DNA of 64,000 bases from Carpediemonas membranifera BICM (Eukaryota > Protista > Fornicata), in NCBI GenBank assembly GCA_019828565.1, contig JAHDYR010000002.1:432591-496590 (forward strand), given 5' to 3'. The position numbers and the translations under genes were made by a program. A model generated the notes under the pieces. It was not told where the DNA came from. It ran no database searches and worked only from the letters and a program-made list of their open reading frames with translations. This document shows, in pieces, positions 1-10,803 of the stretch (position 1 is its first letter; each line of letters opens with the position of its first letter).

Positions 1-3000
1 GCACGAGGCCTGCGCGGGGTCGGGTTGGTACTTGCCGTCGTTGCACTTGATACAGACAGCGGCGAGCGCACCGGAGTAGGTGCCTGCCGTGCAGTCCTCC
101 TGGGCTATGTGGGCGTCGCCGTCGTCGGGAACGAAGTGGCCGGGGGTCGCATCAAGGCAGGTCGACTGCACGCTGTTCGGCTGGTACTTGCCGTTGTTGC
201 ACTTGATGCAGGTAGACGCGCCGGCCTCCGAGTATGTGCCTGCGGGGCAGTCCTCCTGGCCTGACTGGTCGCTGTTCGTCTTGTGGCCCGCCGTCGCCTG
301 GGTGCAGCTGGACTGGCCGGTGCCGGCATACTTGCCTGCGTCGCACGGCTCCTGCGCGGTGTGCGGCGTGTCGACGTTCTCGACGTAGTGACCCACGCTC
401 GACGTCGTGCATGACGGCGATGCGGCAGAATTGCTGTACTCGCCGTTGAAGCAGTTCGTGCAGGACGAAGCGCCCGCGTTCGAGAAGGTGCCGGCTGGGC
501 ATGGCTCCTGACCGGATTGGTCTCCCTTCGTCTTGTAGCCAGCAGTCGCGGTCGTGCAGCCGCTGGCGCCGTCCACCGACCACTTGCCAGTGGCGCAGTC
601 GTCTTGGGTCGTGTGCGGCTGGTTGTCGTCAATAACGAAGTGGCCGGCGTCGGCCTCGACGCAGGTGGCCTTGCCGGTGGCAGGCTGGTAGTGGCCGTTG
701 TCGCAGACGAGCTGGGTCGTGTGCGCGTCGCCGTCGGCCGGGACGTAGTAGCCGGCGTCTGCGGTGTCGCACGAGGCCTGCGCGGGGTCGGGTTGGTACT
801 TGCCGTCGTTGCACTTGATACAGACAGCGGCGAGCGCACCGGAGTAGGTGCCTGCCGTGCAGTCCTCCTGGGCTATGTGGGCGTCGCCGTCGTCGGGAAC
901 GAAGTGGCCGGGGGTCGCATCAAGGCAGGTCGACTGCACGCTGTTCGGCTGGTACTTGCCGTTGTTGCACTTGATGCAGGTAGACGCGCCGGCCTCCGAG
1001 TATGTGCCTGCGGGGCAGTCCTCCTGGCCTGACTGGTCGCTGTTCGTCTTGTGGCCCGCCGTCGCCTGGGTGCAGCTGGACTGGCCGGTGCCGGCATACT
1101 TGCCTGCGTCGCACGGCTCCTGCGCGGTGTGCGGCGTGTCGACGTTCTCGACGTAGTGACCCACGCTCGACGTCGTGCATGACGGCGATGCGGCAGAATT
1201 GCTGTACTCGCCGTTGAAGCAGTTCGTGCAGGACGAAGCGCCCGCGTTCGAGAAGGTGCCGGCTGGGCATGGCTCCTGACCGGATTGGTCTCCCTTCGTC
1301 TTGTAGCCAGCAGTCGCGGTCGTGCAGCCGCTGGCGCCGTCCACCGACCACTTGCCAGTGGCGCAGTCGTCTTGGGTCGTGTGCGGCTGGTTGTCGTCAA
1401 TAACGAAGTGGCCGGCGTCGGCCTCGACGCAGGTGGCCTTGCCGGTGGCAGGCTGGTAGTGGCCGTTGTCGCAGACGAGCTGGGTCGTGTGCGCGTCGCC
1501 GTCGGCCGGGACGTAGTAGCCGGCGTCTGCGGTGTCGCACGAGGCCTGCGCGGGGTCGGGTTGGTACTTGCCGTTGTTGCACTTGATGCAGGTAGACGCG
1601 CCGGCCTCCGAGTATGTGCCTGCGGGGCAGTCCTCCTGGCCTGACTGGTCGCTGTTCGTCTTGTGGCCCGCCGTCGCCTGGGTGCAGCTGGACTGGCCGG
1701 TGCCGGCATACTTGCCTGCGTCGCACGGCTCCTGCGCGGTGTGCGGCGTGTCGACGTTCTCGACGTAGTGACCCACGCTCGACGTCGTGCATGACGGCGA
1801 TGCGGCAGAATTGCTGTACTCGCCGTTGAAGCAGTTCGTGCAGGACGAAGCGCCCGCGTTCGAGAAGGTGCCGGCTGGGCATGGCTCCTGACCGGATTGG
1901 TCTCCCCTTCGTCTTGTAGCCAGCAGTCGCGGTCGTGCAGCCGCTGGCGCCGTCCACCGACCACTTGCCAGTGGCGCAGTCGTCTTGGGTCGTGTGCGGC
2001 TGGTTGTCGTCAATAACGAAGTGGCCGGCGTCGGCCTCGACGCAGGTGGCCTTGCCGGTGGCAGGCTGGTAGTGGCCGTTGTCGCAGACGAGCTGGGTCG
2101 TGTGCGCGTCGCCGTCGGCCGGGACGTAGTAGCCGGCGTCTGCGGTGTCGCACGAGGCCTGCGCGGGGTCGGGTTGGTACTTGCCGTCGTTGCACTTTAT
2201 ACAGACAGCGGCGAGCGCACCGGAGTAGGTGCCTGCGGGGCAGTCCTCCTGGGCTATGTGGGCGTCGCCGTCGTCGGGAACGAAGTGGCCGGGGGTCGCA
2301 TCAAGGCAGGTCGACTGCACGCTGTTCGGCTGGTACTTGCCGTTGTTGCACTTGATGCAGGTAGACGCGCCGGCCTCCGAGTATGTGCCTGCGGGGCAGT
2401 CCTCCTGGCCTGACTGGTCGCTGTTCGTCTTGTGGCCCGCCGTCGCCTGGGTGCAGCTGGACTGGCCGGTGCCGGCATACTTGCCTGCGTCGCACGGCTC
2501 CTGCGCGGTGTGTGGCGTGTCGACGTTCTCGACGTAGTGACCCACGCTCGACGTCGTGCATGACGGCGATGCGGCAGAATTGCTGTACTCGCCGTTGAAG
2601 CAGTTCGTGCAGGACGAAGCGCCCGCGTTCGAGAAGGTGCCGGCTGGGCATGGCTCCTGACCGGATTGGTCTCCCTTCGTCTTGTAGCCAGCAGTCGCGG
2701 TCGTGCAGCCGCTGGCGCCGTCCACCGACCACTTGCCAGTGGCGCAGTCGTCTTGGGTCGTGTGCGGCTGGTTGTCGTCAATAACGAAGTGGCCGGCGTC
2801 GGCCTCGACGCAGGTGGCCTTGCCGGTGGCAGGCTGGTAGTGGCCGTTGTCGCAGACGAGCTGGGTCGTGTGCGCGTCGCCGTCGGCCGGGACGTAGTAG
2901 CCGGCGTCTGCGGTGTCGCACGAGGCCTGCGCGGGGTCGGGTTGGTACTTGCCGTCGTTGCACTTGATACAGACAGCGGCGAGCGCACCGGAGTAGGTGC

Positions 3001-6000
3001 CTGCGGGGCAGTCCTCCTGGGCTATGTGGGCGTCGCCGTCGTCGGGAACGAAGTGGCCGGGGGTCGCATCAAGGCAGGTCGACTGCACGCTGTTCGGCTG
3101 GTACTTGCCGTTGTTGCACTTGATGCAGGTAGACGCGCCGGCCTCCGAGTATGTGCCTGCGGGGCAGTCCTCCTGGCCTGACTGGTCGCTGTTCGTCTTG
3201 TGGCCCGCCGTCGCCTGGGTGCAGCTGGACTGGCCGGTGCCGGCATACTTGCCTGCGTCGCACGGCTCCTGCGCGGTGTGCGGCGTGTCGACGTTCTCGA
3301 CGTAGTGACCCACGCTCGACGTCGTGCATGACGGCGATGCGGCAGAATTGCTGTACTCGCCGTTGAAGCAGTTCGTGCAGGACGAAGCGCCCGCGTTCGA
3401 GAAGGTGCCGGCTGGGCATGGCTCCTGACCGGATTGGTCTCCCTTCGTCTTGTAGCCAGCAGTCGCGGTCGTGCAGCCGCTGGCGCCGTCCACCGACCAC
3501 TTGCCAGTGGCGCAGTCGTCTTGGGTCGTGTGCGGCTGGTTGTCGTCAATAACGAAGTGGCCGGCGTCGGCCTCGACGCAGGTGGCCTTGCCGGTGGCAG
3601 GCTGGTAGTGGCCGTTGTCGCAGACGAGCTGGGTCGTGTGCGCGTCGCCGTCGGCCGGGACGTAGTAGCCGGCGTCTGCGGTGTCGCACGAGGCCTGCGC
3701 GGGGTCGGGTTGGTACTTGCCGTCGTTGCACTTGATACAGACAGCGGCGAGCGCACCGGAGTAGGTGCCTGCCGTGCAGTCCTCCTGGGCTATGTGGGCG
3801 TCGCCGTCGTCGGGAACGAAGTGGCCGGGGGTCGCATCAAGGCAGGTCGACTGCACGCTGTTCGGCTGGTACTTGCCGTTGTTGCACTTGATGCAGGTAG
3901 ACGCGCCGGCCTCCGAGTATGTGCCTGCGGGGCAGTCCTCCTGGCCTGACTGGTCGCTGTTCGTCTTGTGGCCCGCCGTCGCCTGGGTGCAGCTGGACTG
4001 GCCGGTGCCGGCATACTTGCCTGCGTCGCACGGCTCCTGCGCGGTGTGTGGCGTGTCGACGTTCTCGACGTAGTGACCCACGCTCGACGTCGTGCATGAC
4101 GGCGATGCGGCAGAATTGCTGTACTCGCCGTTGAAGCAGTTCGTGCAGGACGAAGCGCCCGCGTTCGAGAAGGTGCCGGCTGGGCATGGCTCCTGACCGG
4201 ATTGGTCTCCCTTCGTCTTGTAGCCAGCAGTCGCGGTCGTGCAGCCGCTGGCGCCGTCCACCGACCACTTGCCAGTGGCGCAGTCGTCTTGGGTCGTGTG
4301 CGGCTGGTTGTCGTCAATAACGAAGTGGCCGGCGTCGGCCTCGACGCAGGTGGCCTTGCCGGTGGCAGGCTGGTAGTGGCCGTTGTCGCAGACGAGCTGG
4401 GTCGTGTGCGCGTCGCCGTCGGCCGGGACGTAGTAGCCGGCGTCTGCGGTGTCGCACGAGGCCTGCGCGGGGTCGGGTTGGTACTTGCCGTCGTTGCACT
4501 TGATACAGACAGCGGCGAGCGCACCGGAGTAGGTGCCTGCGGGGCAGTCCTCCTGGGCTATGTGGGCGTCGCCGTCGTCGGGAACGAAGTGGCCGGGGGT
4601 CGCATCAAGGCAGGTCGACTGCACGCTGTTCGGCTGGTACTTGCCGTTGTTGCACTTGATGCAGGTAGACGCGCCGGCCTCCGAGTATGTGCCTGCGGGG
4701 CAGTCCTCCTGGCCTGACTGGTCGCTGTTCGTCTTGTGGCCCGCCGTCGCCTGGGTGCAGCTGGACTGGCCGGTGCCGGCATACTTGCCTGCGTCGCACG
4801 GCTCCTGCGCGGTGTGCGGCGTGTCGACGTTCTCGACGTAGTGACCCACGCTCGACGTCGTGCATGACGGCGATGCGGCAGAATTGCTGTACTCGCCGTT
4901 GAAGCAGTTCGTGCAGGACGAAGCGCCCGCGTTCGAGAAGGTGCCGGCTGGGCATGGCTCCTGACCGGATTGGTCTCCCTTCGTCTTGTAGCCAGCAGTC
5001 GCGGTCGTGCAGCCGCTGGCGCCGTCCACCGACCACTTGCCAGTGGCGCAGTCGTCTTGGGTCGTGTGCGGCTGGTTGTCGTCAATAACGAAGTGGCCGG
5101 CGTCGGCCTCGACGCAGGTGGCCTTGCCGGTGGCAGGCTGGTAGTGGCCGTTGTCGCAGACGAGCTGGGTCGTGTGCGCGTCGCCGTCGGCCGGGACGTA
5201 GTAGCCGGCGTCTGCGGTGTCGCACGAGGCCTGCGCGGGGTCGGGTTGGTACTTGCCGTCGTTGCACTTGATACAGACAGCGGCGAGCGCACCGGAGTAG
5301 GTGCCTGCCGTGCAGTCCTCCTGGGCTATGTGGGCGTCGCCGTCGTCGGGAACGAAGTGGCCGGGGGTCGCATCAAGGCAGGTCGACTGCACGCTGTTCG
5401 GCTGGTACTTGCCGTTGTTGCACTTGATGCAGGTAGACGCGCCGGCCTCCGAGTATGTGCCTGCGGGGCAGTCCTCCTGGCCTGACTGGTCGCTGTTCGT
5501 CTTGTGGCCCGCCGTCGCCTGGGTGCAGCTGGACTGGCCGGTGCCGGCATACTTGCCTGCGTCGCACGGCTCCTGCGCGGTGTGTGGCGTGTCGACGTTC
5601 TCGACGTAGTGACCCACGCTCGACGTCGTGCATGACGGCGATGCGGCAGAATTGCTGTACTCGCCGTTGAAGCAGTTCGTGCAGGACGAAGCGCCCGCGT
5701 TCGAGAAGGTGCCGGCTGGGCATGGCTCCTGACCGGATTGGTCTCCCTTCGTCTTGTAGCCAGCAGTCGCGGTCGTGCAGCCGCTGGCGCCGTCCACCGA
5801 CCACTTGCCAGTGGCGCAGTCGTCTTGGGTCGTGTGCGGCTGGTTGTCGTCAATAACGAAGTGGCCGGCGTCGGCCTCGACGCAGGTGGCCTTGCCGGTG
5901 GCAGGCTGGTAGTGGCCGTTGTCGCAGACGAGCTGGGTCGTGTGCGCGTCGCCGTCGGCCGGGACGTAGTAGCCGGCGTCTGCGGTGTCGCACGAGGCCT

Positions 6001-7056
6001 GCGCGGGGTCGGGTTGGTACTTGCCGTCGTTGCACTTGATACAGACAGCGGCGAGCGCACCGGAGTAGGTGCCTGCGGGGCAGTCCTCCTGGGCTATGTG
6101 GGCGTCGCCGTCGTCGGGAACGAAGTGGCCGGGGGTCGCATCAAGGCAGGTCGACTGCACGCTGTTCGGCTGGTACTTGCCGTTGTTGCACTTGATGCAG
6201 GTAGACGCGCCGGCCTCCGAGTATGTGCCTGCGGGGCAGTCCTCCTGGCCTGACTGGTCGCTGTTCGTCTTGTGGCCCGCCGTCGCCTGGGTGCAGCTGG
6301 ACTGGCCGGTGCCGGCATACTTGCCTGCGTCGCACGGCTCCTGCGCGGTGTGTGGCGTGTCGACGTTCTCGACGTAGTGACCCACGCTCGACGTCGTGCA
6401 TGACGGCGATGCGGCAGAATTGCTGTACTCGCCGTTGAAGCAGTTCGTGCAGGACGAAGCGCCCGCGTTCGAGAAGGTGCCGGCTGGGCATGGCTCCTGA
6501 CCGGATTGGTCTCCCTTCGTCTTGTAGCCAGCAGTCGCGGTCGTGCAGCCGCTGGCGCCGTCCACCGACCACTTGCCAGTGGCGCAGTCGTCTTGGGTCG
6601 TGTGCGGCTGGTTGTCGTCAATAACGAAGTGGCCGGCGTCGGCCTCGACGCAGGTGGCCTTGCCGGTGGCAGGCTGGTAGTGGCCGTTGTCGCAGACGAG
6701 CTGGGTCGTGTGCGCGTCGCCGTCGGCCGGGACGTAGTAGCCGGCGTCTGCGGTGTCGCACGAGGCCTGCGCGGGGTCGGGTTGGTACTTGCCGTCGTTG
6801 CACTTGATACAGACAGCGGCGAGCGCACCGGAGTAGGTGCCTGCGGGGCAGTCCTCCTGGGCTATGTGGGCGTCGCCGTCGTCGGGAACGAAGTGGCCGG
6901 GGGTCGCATCAAGGCAGGTCGACTGCACGCTGTTCGGCTGGTACTTGCCGTTGTTGCACTTGATGCAGGTAGACGCGCCGGCCTCCGAGTATGTGCCTGC
7001 GGGGCAGTCCTCCTGGCCTGACTGGTCGCTGTTCGTCTTGTGGCCCGCCGTCGCCT
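1..7056. repeat. Coding tandem array, 768-bp unit (256 aa, five Cys-rich submodules), about 9 copies in window, one unit shortened by 156 bp
   Basis: Shadow ORFs recur every 768 nt (2229, 2997, 3765, 4533, 5301, 6069, 6837). The spacing 848->2229 is 1381 = 768+768-156+1. Confidence 0.97.
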
Positions 7057-8416
7057 GGATGCACGCAGCAGACGAGGTTGCCCCCGCTGAAGAGTAATAC
7101 CCAGCAGGACACTGAGTGCAAGACGCCACACCGCCGTTTGAGTACGTTCCGGCAGGGCACTGGATCTGCGCCGTCCGGGCACCTGAAGCTGGGACGTAGT
7201 AGCCGGCGTCGCATACAAGGCAAGTGGACTGTGCCGTGTTGGGCTGGTACTTGCCGTTGTTACACACGGATATCGACCCTCTTAAACTGCCCGCATAACC
7301 TGCACCGACCACAAAAGTCTTGACATAAACTGCACCTTTGTTACTGTTATCATAAGGTGCACCTATAGCAATATGACCCATCCCAGTACCGTCTGCCCAG
7401 ATTGATACGTCGTACCCGAAGCTTCCAGCGCCCGTCCACGAGGTTGTAACAGTCCACAAAGTGCCTGAGACGTGGTAGAGGTAGACGGCGTTTGAATCGG
7501 GTGCACCAACTGCCATGTAGTTTGCGGCAAGAGCCAAGGACTTGCCGAAGCCTGAGATTGAGGGGTTCAGCGTTGTTGTGCGGCTCCAAGAGCTAGAGGC
7601 GTAGTGATACATGTAGACCTTTCCAGACGTCGTCCCCGCGGCAATCCAGGTCAGGTCGATGGCCGTGGAGTGACCTATGCCAGCCTTACCTATGTCTAGC
7701 TCGTATGAGGACTCTGGACTTGAGGTTGTCCATCTGAAGAGCTTGCCCCACCCCGGGGCACCAATGGCGCAATTCGTGCCAGAATACCGGTCGCAGGAGA
7801 CGGACCAGCCGTAGAAAGCGTCTTCGGGCGAGTCTAGCCACGCGTTAGACTCGCTGTGCCACTCATCATCGCTGTCTTTCTCGTAGTGGTAAACTGACCC
7901 CTGACTATAATAGTCCCACGCGTCGTCTGGCTTGCCAATCAGCGCATCGTTGTTGGTCAACATCGCTACGGTGTAGCCATAGGTCTCGTAGGTAGTGTCG
8001 TCGCTCGCTTGGCGGCCGTAGAGGTAAGAGTGTCCGCTGGAAGAGAGCTTGTAAAAGTTGACCTTACCCTCTTCGCCACTGAAGTACGGTCGGCCTGCGA
8101 CTGCATATCCGCTTGCTGCAACGTCCACATCGTACCCCAAATCGCCGCTGTCGCCGCCGCCTGTTACGCTGGCTGCTGTGCCCCAAGAGCCTGAGCTATG
8201 CACTGAGGCATACACCTTCTCGGCGCCTGGAGCGCCAATAAAGAGGTAGCTTCCCGTGATTGACACGGAGAAACCGAACTTTCCGTTGTCCTCGCCGTCT
8301 GATGGGGTTACAGTCGTCGAGCTAGAGAATTCAACTGATCCCGCAGCAGAAAGGGTGAATAAGGTCGCAAAAACTAGAACTAGTGCTATTTCTATGCTAT
8401 ATCTATCGCTAAACAT
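1..8416 (-). CDS. Giant secreted/surface protein: signal peptide + 7-bladed FG-GAP (integrin-alpha-like) beta-propeller + long Cys-rich ephrin-receptor-like (GCC2/GCC3) repeat stalk; 3' end outside window; apparent +1 frameshift at ~1903-1906
   Basis: Hydrophobic N-terminus (IALVLVFATLFTLSAAG). Seven FG...GAP-type blades, from FGFSVSI..IGAPG to FGYDVSI..IGAPYD..GAVYV. Then ~50-aa CPAGTYS...C..C..G.YQ modules. The repeat unit reads tctcccttc everywhere but tctccccttc at ~1901-1910; removing one C keeps the frame open to base 1. Confidence 0.85.
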
Positions 8417-8899
8417 GATCTAAGAGGATTCCTTGCTGATAATGAGCAAACTATTGTCGACCACCAACGATTTTCCATTCGATCTCTTGAGATCCCACAA
8501 AACCTGACTCGATCGAAGGCAATCAACAAGCGGCAACGTGGTCAGGCTTGCGTCAGAGACCGGGGCAGACGTGAAATAAAAAACAACAATTTTTATGAGA
8601 GGCGAGCTGGCTGTCCCAGGAGCACAGGTCAATCCAAAGCCCGATGAATAGATACTGTGAGGCAGGGGCTGTTGTGTGTTCAAGCTGGCGTGAGGGCGGG
8701 GTGCTATTGCTCGATAAATTCGCCATGATCGCTTGAGATGCGTGCCGCGCACTCGTCGGGGAACGAGGAGCATCCCCCACTCCGCACTCCCCACTCCCCA
8801 CTCCCTGGGTGTGGGCACGGACCACCTCGACCTCGACCTCTTCGCAGCGACTGCGTCAAGTCAAATGCCATGACATGCTGAATATCGGAGCTGGACGAA

Positions 8900-10531
8900 A
8901 TGAATGTCCATGAATCGCACACAACAGACGTCGGAGATGCCCTATTTCTAGCGTTCCGTCTTTCAGTCGCCATCACCGCCTCGATCCCCAGGGACGTCCC
9001 CACATTGCTCAAAGAGGCCTTCTCCAGGCACTTCGACGAGCAGATGCCCGCGATCCACGACGCAGAGACCACAAATACACCGACCAGCGCCGCATCGCTC
9101 GATTCCCTCACCGCCATGCTCTCCGAGATCCCCCCTCTCGAGCCAGCCGCGCAAGTCCTCCTCGACCGCGCCCGCTCGATCATCACCAACGGCCCCCCGC
9201 TGTCCATGAACGTCGAGCTCGCGGCGGGGCAGGAGCTCCCGGCCGCCCTGCACACGCTCAACCAGGGCGCGGTGTGGGCGTGTCTGCTGGGTGGCGGGGC
9301 CAACCCAGACCTGAAGGACAGGCTGCTGGAGTATTATCCAGAGGACTGGGCAGACGCCACCGAGATGCATCACAAGATCCGCGACGCTCTCACCCCCGAG
9401 GGCAAGTGCCTCTGGTTCCTCTGCCGCAAGTTCTTTTTCACGCTGAACGTCGCCGAGAAGGACGGCGAATGCAATCAATACTATTGGCGAGAAAGATTCT
9501 ACCACCACCGCATGTACATGGGCCGACTCTTCATGCTCTGCATTGATGATTACGACACCTCCTTCACTAGGGCCAGAATGCCCAGGGCCCTCGAAGTCTG
9601 TATCGAATGGTCAACCTACATCGCCAGGACGCCCAAGGGCCTGTGGGGCTGGGGGGAGAACAAACATGGTCAGCTGGGGTTCGAGTCATCATATCGCGAG
9701 TTCGTTGACCTGACCCGCCTCACCTTCCCCGCCTGCCCCGCGGTCGCGGAACTTGAGGCCAGCCTGCCCCCCTGGGAGAAGCACAGGATGGTGACTGCTT
9801 TGTCGATGGAGGAAGATCAGACGTTCATCCTCACCCCAGCCGGCACTGTCATGACTGGCTTCAATGCTCAGAGATATGTCGGCCCACTCAAGGTGGAGAA
9901 CGTGTATCACTTCCACCCAGCCGCTGTGCCACCTGGCTTTGTCCCAGATCATATCATGCAGGGTAGCAGAGTTGCCATCCTCTCCATGGGCGATCGGCAG
10001 ATGATCGGCGGGAGCAATTGGGATGGCCGCCTGGGACTCGGGCACGAGAATTGGGTGACCGGCTTCGTCGACTTGCCCTTCAGGGTCGACCGGATCGTGT
10101 CAGATTCCTTCAACGTATTCCTCAGCGGCCGCCAGCTGCTGTTCGCCGGCGAAGTTCGCAAGCATATCGCCCAGTCTGGCCTGCTGCCAGGATTCAGTCA
10201 TGACGACAATTGTCTCACACCCACCCCGCTCCGGTTCCCTGAGAGGGTCAAGGGGTTCTTCATATCACGCCAAGAGCTGATCTGGGTCACAGAAGGCAAG
10301 AGCCATTATTGTAAGTGTGATGCTGAACCCATCATTATCCCCTTCGAGGCGACAGCTTTCAGCAGTTGCAGCTTCTGTAAGTGCGGCCAGTGGTTCAGGC
10401 CGTTGAAAGACTTGGATGAAGCTATTGAGATGGAAGACTGCGAGGCGCCGCCTCGTTCAGATGTGCATATGATCGTCACCGTCGACGTCGATCCGTGGAC
10501 CCCGGGCGCCGAAGAGTCGACTGAATTGTAA
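8900..10531 (+). CDS. RCC1/BLIP-II-like propeller family protein, copy 1
   Basis: 543-aa ORF with RCC1-type motifs LWGWGENKHGQLG and GSNWDGRLGLG. Near-identical to the ORFs at 13.6, 28.4 and 44.3 kb. Confidence 0.8.
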   Translation: MNVHESHTTDVGDALFLAFRLSVAITASIPRDVPTLLKEAFSRHFDEQMPAIHDAETTNTPTSAASLDSLTAMLSEIPPLEPAAQVLLDRARSIITNGPPLSMNVELAAGQELPAALHTLNQGAVWACLLGGGANPDLKDRLLEYYPEDWADATEMHHKIRDALTPEGKCLWFLCRKFFFTLNVAEKDGECNQYYWRERFYHHRMYMGRLFMLCIDDYDTSFTRARMPRALEVCIEWSTYIARTPKGLWGWGENKHGQLGFESSYREFVDLTRLTFPACPAVAELEASLPPWEKHRMVTALSMEEDQTFILTPAGTVMTGFNAQRYVGPLKVENVYHFHPAAVPPGFVPDHIMQGSRVAILSMGDRQMIGGSNWDGRLGLGHENWVTGFVDLPFRVDRIVSDSFNVFLSGRQLLFAGEVRKHIAQSGLLPGFSHDDNCLTPTPLRFPERVKGFFISRQELIWVTEGKSHYCKCDAEPIIIPFEATAFSSCSFCKCGQWFRPLKDLDEAIEMEDCEAPPRSDVHMIVTVDVDPWTPGAEESTEL

Positions 10532-10803
10532 AGTGATATTGACTCCAGCTTGAGTCGGGTCCGAGTCTGCTTCTCAGCGATAAATCACAGCTGAACGCGA
10601 CTACTGTTTGAAGTCTTTGGTCTTTCAAGCTGAGTGCTCAACTCTGAAGTCTGATGGGCTCGACTCAGCTTGTGATCGGAGACTCGTTCAGACCCGACGT
10701 GGAACGCTGCTGCTGAAGTCCCAATCACCCGACCCAACCATTCCAGCTTGCGCCATTTAGTATTTACAGTGGACAACGACGCGCCCAATGTACACGCCAG
10801 GCC

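Noticed and set aside
1-7056. CRISPR-like array
   Set aside because: The repeats are long, coding and have no unique spacers; no cas genes.
25-7323. Dozens of short ORFs on both strands in the 768-bp array (likewise antisense ORFs at 49.4-58.9 kb)
   Set aside because: Shadow frames of GC-rich repetitive coding sequence.
8775-8806. (CCACTCC)n here and (GACT)n at ~16187-16237
   Set aside because: Short degenerate microsatellites with no evident function; not telomeric.
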